DNA from: Pyrobaculum sp.
Lineage (GTDB): Archaea > Thermoproteota > Thermoprotei > Thermoproteales > Thermoproteaceae
Reading direction: 5' to 3'
Length of the DNA: 13,387 nucleotides
Assembly: GCA_046293555.1 (NCBI GenBank)
Contig: JBKBOT010000027.1
Span: 8,065-21,451, forward strand
Shown: positions 7,886-13,387 of the stretch, in pieces
How positions within the stretch are numbered: the first letter of the stretch is position 1
Layout of the letters: each line of letters begins with the position of its first letter
Translations under genes and position numbers: made by a program
The notes under the pieces: generated by a model
The model's database searches: none
The model's input: the letters and a program-made list of their open reading frames with translations, nothing else
What the model was told of the DNA's origin: nothing

Positions 7886-7904
7886 GGCACGCCACATGGC
7901 CCCG

Positions 7905-7921
7905 TTTATAAACTTTAAATA
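7905..7921. promoter_or_regulatory. Back-to-back TATA boxes for the rpl3 operon (-) and the DUF2175-like gene (+)
   Basis: TTTATAAA (7905-7912, palindromic) is 27 nt from ATG 7885 on the minus strand; TTTAAATA (7914-7921) is 26 nt from ATG 7940 on the plus strand. Confidence 0.7.
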
Positions 7922-7939
7922 GGGGAGGTCAATTACTCC

Positions 7940-8248
7940 ATGCGGCAGTTTAAAAAGTGGACATGTGTAAACTGTGGGGGGGAGATAATTGAGGGCCAGC
8001 TCTTTACTTTTTACAGCAGGGGGCCGGCGCATTGGGAGTGTTTTGAAAAAGAGCTTTCAGGCAGGCTGTATAAAGACGTAGAGCTGGCGGCGTTATTGCG
8101 GCTAGATCATTACCTCCACGGGGGTATCGTCTTGGCGAAACAGCTGGAGCACTTAGTGGAGAGGGAGGAGGTGAGAAACAAGATTGTGGAGATACGTAAA
8201 CAGCTGGAGGCAATGGCGGCGAGACTTACGGGCGAGATCTCAAGGTAG
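7940..8248 (+). CDS. Conserved archaeal zinc-binding protein, probably DUF2175 family
   Basis: KWTCVNCG..I..GQLFTF...GPAHWEC (CxxC...HxxC) followed by a helical C-terminus; has its own TATA box. Confidence 0.75.
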   Translation: MRQFKKWTCVNCGGEIIEGQLFTFYSRGPAHWECFEKELSGRLYKDVELAALLRLDHYLHGGIVLAKQLEHLVEREEVRNKIVEIRKQLEAMAARLTGEISR

Positions 8249-9055
8249 GCAGGGCCCCTCCGGGATGTCCACCACGTAGGTCTGCCCGAATTTAGACAGG
8301 GTTTTTGCTAACTCCTCCGGGCTGTCTGATATAAAGACGTGAGAAGGCCCTGTGCCTGAAACTCCGCCCACGGCGCCTATCCTCAACGCCTCTAGGAGGG
8401 GGTCCGGGGGGTAGCCCAAGACGTAGCCGTACGCCACGGCGTTTATCAACATGGCCTCTCTCCACATGCCAAGCCCCGCCTGGACTACCGCCGATCTTAC
8501 CACCGGCGCGATGGCTCTCATCTCCTCTACCCTATGCCTCCTCTTCTCATACGGCGGTATCAACACCACGGCCCTCCCCGACACCTCCAGCTCCCTTATG
8601 GCTAACATCTTCCAGTTGTCTGTAAGAAAGCTTCTCCCCACGGCGCTGGCGACGGCGTCGTCAAAGGCGCCGGTTATGCTGACGCCAGCCCATTTGCTCA
8701 ACTCTGCGTTCAGCCGGGCTAAGTCGAATGGGTCTATCTCCACCCCCGCCAGCCTCGCCATTGCCCTAAGCACGGCGTTTACAGTAGCGCTGCTGGACTT
8801 AAGGCCGCCTGCTGTAGGCAAATCGCCTCTAATCCTGACGGAGAGAGGGCCTAGGCCCCACCTCTCTCTAGCCCGCCTCACGATGTTGTAGATAGGCTCT
8901 AGGTCCACCTCGGCGTAGGTGGAGACGTGGTCTATGTCGGCTGGGCAGACCTCAGCCTCTACTCTCAGCGATATGGGGAATGCGGCGCCGTGGCCAGTGG
9001 CGATGGCGTTTATGATTGTGCCCCCGCCGTAGGCGCAGGCAGATTCACACCTCAT
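8240..9055 (-). CDS. aroK: Archaeal shikimate kinase (GHMP kinase family)
   Basis: GTIINAIATGHGAAFPI, P..GGLKSSSA, SITGAFDDA.AS and GVSGTGPS are diagnostic of archaeal AroK; ATG 9055 preferred over GTG 9061. Confidence 0.93.
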   Translation of the reverse strand: MRCESACAYGGGTIINAIATGHGAAFPISLRVEAEVCPADIDHVSTYAEVDLEPIYNIVRRARERWGLGPLSVRIRGDLPTAGGLKSSSATVNAVLRAMARLAGVEIDPFDLARLNAELSKWAGVSITGAFDDAVASAVGRSFLTDNWKMLAIRELEVSGRAVVLIPPYEKRRHRVEEMRAIAPVVRSAVVQAGLGMWREAMLINAVAYGYVLGYPPDPLLEALRIGAVGGVSGTGPSHVFISDSPEELAKTLSKFGQTYVVDIPEGPCLP

Positions 9056-10043
9056 GGCCACACGCCCTGTTTAACGTTTCGAAAGCCTCCTTCAGGAGGT
9101 CCCCGCTCTCCACAAGCGCCAGCCTTATGTAGCCAGGCCTCCCGTATAGGGAGCCAGGCAGCGTGGAGACGCCAGCCGCCAGAGCCCTCTGGAAACAAGC
9201 CACGTCGTCTTTCACGTAGGGAAATATGTAAAAAGCGCCGCCGGGCTTGACGAACTTAAGTCTTAACCTCTCCGCGAGGGCGGCTCTCTCCATGTACACC
9301 CTAGATACCTCCGCCCTCCGTCTGGGCAACATGTGTACAACCTCAGCCACGGCCTTCTGAACCGCCGTCGGGGGGACGTTGACTGTAGCCTTGTTGAACC
9401 TAGCCACCTCTCTGGCCAGATCCCTCGGCGCGACCACAGCCCCAATCCTAAGGCCGGGGATGGAGAAAACCTTAGAGAAGCTGTACACCACCGCCGTGGA
9501 GGGGCTGAGCTCCAGCGGGGAGGTGAAATCTCTAAACACGATGTCTCTATAGATCTCGTCGCTTATGACAAACTCAGCCACCTCCACCAGCTCTCTCACC
9601 TTTTCTCTAGCTAGCACCACGCCGGTGGGGTTGTTGGGGTAATTCACGATGTAGACCCCCCTCTCCCGGAAGTGGGGGACCCAGCCCTCTGGGTCTGCCT
9701 CCACAAGCTCGAGCCCCATGTCGAAAACCTCCGCAATTTCGAGGTAGCCGGGGTAGTAGGGAGATACCGCCAGCAGCCTCCTCCTCCTAAAAGCCCACAT
9801 TAGGGCTGAGAGGCCGTGTCTCCCCCCCACCGTGGCCACCACCTCTCCCGGCTCGACGCCGAAGTAAGCCGCCAGGGCCTCTCTAAACTCCTGTAGGCCC
9901 TCGGCGGGGCCGTAGCGGAAGTCTCTAGCCCTCTGTAGCGCCTCTAGCAGCTCGGCTGGCGGCGGGAGGTCCGGGTCGCCTATATCTAGCCTATGTCTGG
10001 CGCCGCTCTGTTGGATAAGTCTCAACACCGTGGGGAACTGCAT
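9045..10043 (-). CDS. PLP-dependent class I/II aminotransferase (probable aromatic/aspartate aminotransferase)
   Basis: IGDPD, NYPNNPTG, ISDEIY, SFSK (PLP lysine)...GLRIG and PGGAFYIF; overlaps aroK. Confidence 0.88.
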   Translation of the reverse strand: MQFPTVLRLIQQSGARHRLDIGDPDLPPPAELLEALQRARDFRYGPAEGLQEFREALAAYFGVEPGEVVATVGGRHGLSALMWAFRRRRLLAVSPYYPGYLEIAEVFDMGLELVEADPEGWVPHFRERGVYIVNYPNNPTGVVLAREKVRELVEVAEFVISDEIYRDIVFRDFTSPLELSPSTAVVYSFSKVFSIPGLRIGAVVAPRDLAREVARFNKATVNVPPTAVQKAVAEVVHMLPRRRAEVSRVYMERAALAERLRLKFVKPGGAFYIFPYVKDDVACFQRALAAGVSTLPGSLYGRPGYIRLALVESGDLLKEAFETLNRACGHEV

Positions 10044-10075
10044 AATTAAATACTGTATTTTTTTCTTATGGGGTA

Positions 10076-10957
10076 TTGATATGCGGCGCCGTGCCGGCGA
10101 GAGCCGTTAGAGATGTGGAAAAGGCGATTGAGGCCCCCACCCCCTGCGTCGAGTTGAGACTAGACTACGCGGAGAGGGTGGAGGATCTAACCCCCGCCTT
10201 GAGGAAAGCCGTGGAGAGAAAAGTCGCCATCTTCACCATTAGGCACATCTCCGAGGGGGGGAGGTGGACAGGCGGGGAGGAGGAGAGGGCGCAGCTATAC
10301 GAGAGATTACTTGAGTTAAACCCACATTATGTAGACATCGAGGCGGCCTCCCCCCTGGCCAGAAGGCTGAGGCCTAGAGGCGGCACAAAGATAATTGCCA
10401 GCCGTCACGACCTCGAGGGGACTCCCACCCTCGACGTGTTAATAAAATGGGCCAGAGAGGCTGCGGAGGTGGGAGACGTGGTCAAGATAGTGACGTATGC
10501 CCACACGCCTCAAGACGGCCTTAGAGTCCTCTCGCTGATAGGGGCGGTGGAGAAGCCAGTGGTGGCCTTCGCCATGGGCCCCGCCGGCGTCTACACGAGG
10601 GTGGCTTCTGTGGCCTTGGGGAGCCCTATTGCCTACGTGTCGCTAGGGGAGGCCACGGCGCCGGGGCAGTTGTCTCTAGATGCCTTCTACGCCGCGTTGG
10701 TGAGCATCGGCGAGATGCAGGGGGAGAGAGGCCTCCCCGCCTTGAGGGAGGCCTTGGATTGGACAGACGGCGCCATTATGTACATACTGAAGAGGAGGCT
10801 GGAGATATGTAGAGACTTGGGTAGGCTAAAGAAGGCGCAGGGCCTCCCCATATATGACGACGTGAGGGAAATGCAGGTGTTGAGAAGAGCTGGCGATTTC
10901 CGGCAGATATTTGAGCTAGTGGTGCAGATGTGTAAGGCGGTGCAGCTAGTGGTCTAG
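10076..10957 (+). CDS. aroD: Type I 3-dehydroquinate dehydratase fused to a C-terminal AroQ-type chorismate mutase
   Basis: ELRLDY, FTIR...EGG, YVDIE, IIASRHD, VVKIV, FAMG..G..TR and TAPGQ (DHQase I); then LREALDWTD..I..LKRR..C..LG.LK...GLPIYD..RE..VL (CM_2). TTG start. Confidence 0.92.
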   Translation: MICGAVPARAVRDVEKAIEAPTPCVELRLDYAERVEDLTPALRKAVERKVAIFTIRHISEGGRWTGGEEERAQLYERLLELNPHYVDIEAASPLARRLRPRGGTKIIASRHDLEGTPTLDVLIKWAREAAEVGDVVKIVTYAHTPQDGLRVLSLIGAVEKPVVAFAMGPAGVYTRVASVALGSPIAYVSLGEATAPGQLSLDAFYAALVSIGEMQGERGLPALREALDWTDGAIMYILKRRLEICRDLGRLKKAQGLPIYDDVREMQVLRRAGDFRQIFELVVQMCKAVQLVV

Positions 10958-11989
10958 CCTCAACGGCGCCATCTTCACCTCAGTCTCTCTAAACTCGCCT
11001 TCTGGGGTGGAGTCAGCCACTACCCCCGCGCCGGCCCAGAGGTAGGCGTGGCCCCCCTCTAGATATATGCTTCTAATAATTACGGCGAAATCCGCCCAGT
11101 TTTGTGTAACCACGCCGAAACTCCCCGCGAAGGGCCCCCTGGGCTCTGCCTCAAGGGAGTCTATTAGCTCCATCGCCCTGGGCTTGGGGACTCCCGTCAC
11201 AGTGGTGGTGGGGTTTAACGCAGTCACGGCATCTAGCGGCGTGTAGAGTCCATCCAAGCGACACTGTATGTATGAAACTAAATGTTGGACGTAGTTGTAC
11301 TTCTCCACGACGAATGTCGCCGCCGGCGTCACAGTGCCCCAACGGCACACTCGCCCCAAGTCGTTCCGCACGGAGTCTATCAACATGATGTGCTCGGCGC
11401 GCTCCTTGGCGCTATTTAGCAACTCGGCCTCTAGCGCTCTGTCTTCTTCCTCTGTAGCCCCTCTCGGCTTAGTGCCGCCAATAGGCCCGCTGACAGCCAC
11501 GCCGTCTCTCACCTTGACTAATATCTCTGGGGAGATGCCGGCGAGACCTAACTCCCCCGCCTCTAGAAAGAAGCGATATCGCCCTTCCGCCGTAAGCCTG
11601 CGGAGTATCTCCCGCGGCCGGCAGTCTGTCTCGTATTTCACAAATCGGGCGACCACCAGCTGGAACACCTCGCCTCTAGCTATAGCCTCTTTAGCCGCCT
11701 TCACCGCCTCCATATATCTCTCCGCCTCCACGCCGCCGGCGGGCACGCCCTTACAGCTGGCAGATATGCCGCCAGGCGGCGTGTGGCGCCGCCCTACTAC
11801 AAACAAGACGTCTGGCCAACTGGCCCTCTTTCTCACGGAGATGTTCTCCCAGGGGGCGAGGTGGTATGAGAAAAGGCCTACAGCCACGCCGCCCCTCTTT
11901 ATGTATCTAGAGACCTCGGCCAGATCTGTAACGACCTCACCCTCCACATATATCTCCAGGTCGCCGCTTTTGAAATAAGCCACGGCCAC
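10946..11989 (-). CDS. Anthranilate synthase component I family (TrpE/PabB-like chorismate-utilising MST enzyme), short form
   Basis: GEVFQLV, SPE, PIGGT.PRG, KERAEHIML.D..RNDLGRVC, VQHLVS, TGVPK.RAME.I, IIRS and AGAGVVADS.P..E..ET..K. Start uncertain (TTG 12007, GTG 11989 or GTG 11983); TATA position favours a GTG. Confidence 0.85.
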   Translation of the reverse strand: MAVAYFKSGDLEIYVEGEVVTDLAEVSRYIKRGGVAVGLFSYHLAPWENISVRKRASWPDVLFVVGRRHTPPGGISASCKGVPAGGVEAERYMEAVKAAKEAIARGEVFQLVVARFVKYETDCRPREILRRLTAEGRYRFFLEAGELGLAGISPEILVKVRDGVAVSGPIGGTKPRGATEEEDRALEAELLNSAKERAEHIMLIDSVRNDLGRVCRWGTVTPAATFVVEKYNYVQHLVSYIQCRLDGLYTPLDAVTALNPTTTVTGVPKPRAMELIDSLEAEPRGPFAGSFGVVTQNWADFAVIIRSIYLEGGHAYLWAGAGVVADSTPEGEFRETEVKMAPLRLDH

Positions 11990-11991
11990 AG

Positions 11992-12014
11992 TTTTAATAG
12001 GGGCCAAATTTAAG
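11992..12014. promoter_or_regulatory. Interdigitated divergent TATA boxes
   Basis: TTTTAATA (11992-11999) is 25 nt before GTG 12017 on the plus strand; TTAAATTT (12013-12006, minus strand) is 24-30 nt before GTG 11989/11983. Confidence 0.5.
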
Positions 12015-12016
12015 CC

Positions 12017-12829
12017 GTGTGCGTCCTATATGGCAGAGAGGGTTATCACTCCCTCTTTCTAAAGCCCCTTGCGTATCTCCTCGGCTGTAAATACGTGGCG
12101 CTAGACTATATGGCTCTCTACGAGATGTATCTAAAGGGGAGGCGGGGGGTTTACTACGTGGAGGAGCCGTGGGTTTCTGAAGGCGAGGCGCCAGAGCCGC
12201 CGTATAGACTACCGCCGCGGCTAGACTACCTCCGGGGCAAGATGCTTCCGGTGCTAGGCAACGCCCAGGTTTACTTCAAGGCCGCGGCAGGCAGCTGTTT
12301 AGGCCTGTTGGCAAAGCCCGGGGAGCCTCTGGTGACAGACTTCTTTCTCCCTCTTTACCTCCAGTATGGAGACGTGGAGAGGGCGTTAGACGCCGCGCTG
12401 GAGGCCTACCCCTGCGCCGCTAGAAGCAGGGAGGAGCTTATAGACGGGGTGGGGAAGAGATACGACAGGGGGGTGATCTGGCTGGCCTGGACGGCGGGCG
12501 CCATATTTACAACGCCGCCTTGGGGCTTCGCCATCTCGGGGGTGTGGGGACTCACGTGGGTGGGCGAACGGCCGCGGGAGGTTCACGCCTATGCCTACCC
12601 CCCGCCATATCTGGAGTTAAACCCCCCACAGCTATATATCAACGCCGTGTCCATAAGGGGGCCAAAATGGATGAAATATGTAACAAGGTTCTGGCGGCCG
12701 CTCTATATGTACCTCGAGGGGAGGATGGGGAGGGGGGAAATACTCCCGTTGGCTAGAGAGATAGAGGACGTGCTTCAGTTCCGCACGTGTGGAACAAGTT
12801 CCGCACGGCGTTTTGCCGATATCCTATAA
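12017..12829 (+). CDS. Hypothetical protein (Tyr/Trp/Pro-rich), no recognised family
   Basis: 270-codon ORF filling the gap, codon style like its neighbours (AGG/AGA Arg, GAG Glu), appropriately spaced TATA box. Confidence 0.7.
   Translation: MCVLYGREGYHSLFLKPLAYLLGCKYVALDYMALYEMYLKGRRGVYYVEEPWVSEGEAPEPPYRLPPRLDYLRGKMLPVLGNAQVYFKAAAGSCLGLLAKPGEPLVTDFFLPLYLQYGDVERALDAALEAYPCAARSREELIDGVGKRYDRGVIWLAWTAGAIFTTPPWGFAISGVWGLTWVGERPREVHAYAYPPPYLELNPPQLYINAVSIRGPKWMKYVTRFWRPLYMYLEGRMGRGEILPLAREIEDVLQFRTCGTSSARRFADIL
12777..12807. repeat. Near-perfect 18-bp palindrome plus 11-bp direct repeat
   Basis: GTTCCGCAC-GTGTGGAAC (12778-12795, one mismatched pair); AGTTCCGCACG occurs at 12777-12787 and 12797-12807. 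Confidence 0.75.
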
Positions 12830-12831
12830 AT
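12825..12831 (+). promoter_or_regulatory. Putative TATA box overlapping the upstream stop codon
   Basis: TATAAAT begins 27 nt before ATG 12852. Confidence 0.55.
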
Positions 12832-12851
12832 CCACCCGCGTAGTTAGGCCC

Positions 12852-13387
12852 ATGAGGCTGGCACTGTTGGCAACATTGGCGCTGGCGTTTGCGGCAATGG
12901 CCGCTACGGTTAACGCCACGGATTTCCACCTGTGGCTTAAATGTAAGGCCATAGAGCTGTATGTTAACATCACGATGGCTAACTACACGTTGCCTCAATG
13001 TGAGGAGGTGTTAAGGCTAAACTACACCTACCCCGGCAAAGCCCTCCCGATGATTGGCGTTGGGGAGTTGAGAAAACTAAATGTAACAGACCCACGCCAG
13101 GTCTTCATACAGCTTAGGGAAATTAGGCTAGCCGCTCTCCGCAACTTGACCGGCCATATAGACAAGATAGTGGCTAGGGAGTACCGCGCGTTAAACGCCT
13201 CGAGGGGGCTGGAGGAGGCAGTAAACAACACCGAGAGGGGAATTAAGACGCTTATGGAGGTAGAACGGCTGTTGAGAAGGGTAAATGCCTCTGAACAGGC
13301 CGTAAATGCCGTGAGGGAGCACGTCAGGTGGCTTAACCGCACAGGAGAGATGTTAGGACTAAACGTAGATGTGGGGTATTGGCTCAG
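12852..13387 (+). CDS. Secreted/surface glycoprotein, hypothetical (partial, runs off the window; absent from the ORF track)
   Basis: Manual translation MRLALLATLALAFAAMAATVNATDFHLWLKCKAIELYVNITMANYTLPQC... is open for 178 codons to the end; Sec-type signal peptide; 10 N-x-S/T sequons. Confidence 0.85.
   Translation, partial: MRLALLATLALAFAAMAATVNATDFHLWLKCKAIELYVNITMANYTLPQCEEVLRLNYTYPGKALPMIGVGELRKLNVTDPRQVFIQLREIRLAALRNLTGHIDKIVAREYRALNASRGLEEAVNNTERGIKTLMEVERLLRRVNASEQAVNAVREHVRWLNRTGEMLGLNVDVGYWL

Noticed and set aside
7886-8032. 49-aa N-terminal extension of uL3 in the ORF track
   Set aside because: It overlaps the divergent zinc-protein gene and both TATA boxes; uL3 similarity starts at MGLKIHRPRRGS (ATG 7885).
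10068-10079. Tiny upstream ORF ATG GGG TAT TGA overlapping the aroD TTG start (possible Tyr-sensing leader)
   Set aside because: Only three codons, and probably upstream of the TSS implied by the TATA position; no attenuator structure seen.
11295-11978. Long antisense ORFs (227 aa here; also 18-440, 134-517, 1007-1459, 6137-6508, 7272-7595, 8451-8891 and others)
   Set aside because: They are shadows of well-supported genes on the opposite strand, with Ser/Thr/Pro-biased translations and no motifs.
12777-12807. Repeat as a CRISPR remnant or IS end
   Set aside because: Only two 11-bp copies 9 nt apart, no spacer-length intervals, and no cas or transposase gene nearby.
13028-13342. Minus-strand ORFs 13028-13342 and 12753-12998 as the genes at the right edge
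   Set aside because: The plus-strand ORF from 12852 has a TATA box, signal peptide and sequon enrichment, so these are its antisense shadows.

Overview
Archaeal core-genome window that most resembles Pyrobaculum/Thermoproteaceae. This is an inference from the protein sequences, the GTG/TTG starts and the TATA boxes about 25-28 nt upstream of start codons. Translation and RNA genes: fragments of the S10-like ribosomal cluster (rpl3-rpl4-rpl23; rps3-rnhA; rpl22 inverted), csl4, and a DUF2067-rpoL-nep1-TIM barrel-leuC run. Aromatic biosynthesis block: PLP aminotransferase, archaeal aroK, an aroD-chorismate mutase fusion and a short TrpE/PabB-like enzyme. There are also three poorly characterised proteins. 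The ORF track misses three things. Two box C/D 2'-O-methylation guide sRNAs have C boxes built from the last codons and stop codon of leuC and csl4; the first has two guides matching neighbouring conserved 16S rRNA segments. The third is a signal-peptide-bearing, N-glycosylation-sequon-rich protein running off the right edge, preceded by a palindrome/direct-repeat element. No mobile element, CRISPR array, tRNA or rRNA was seen, and I see no evidence for a wholly new multi-gene system.
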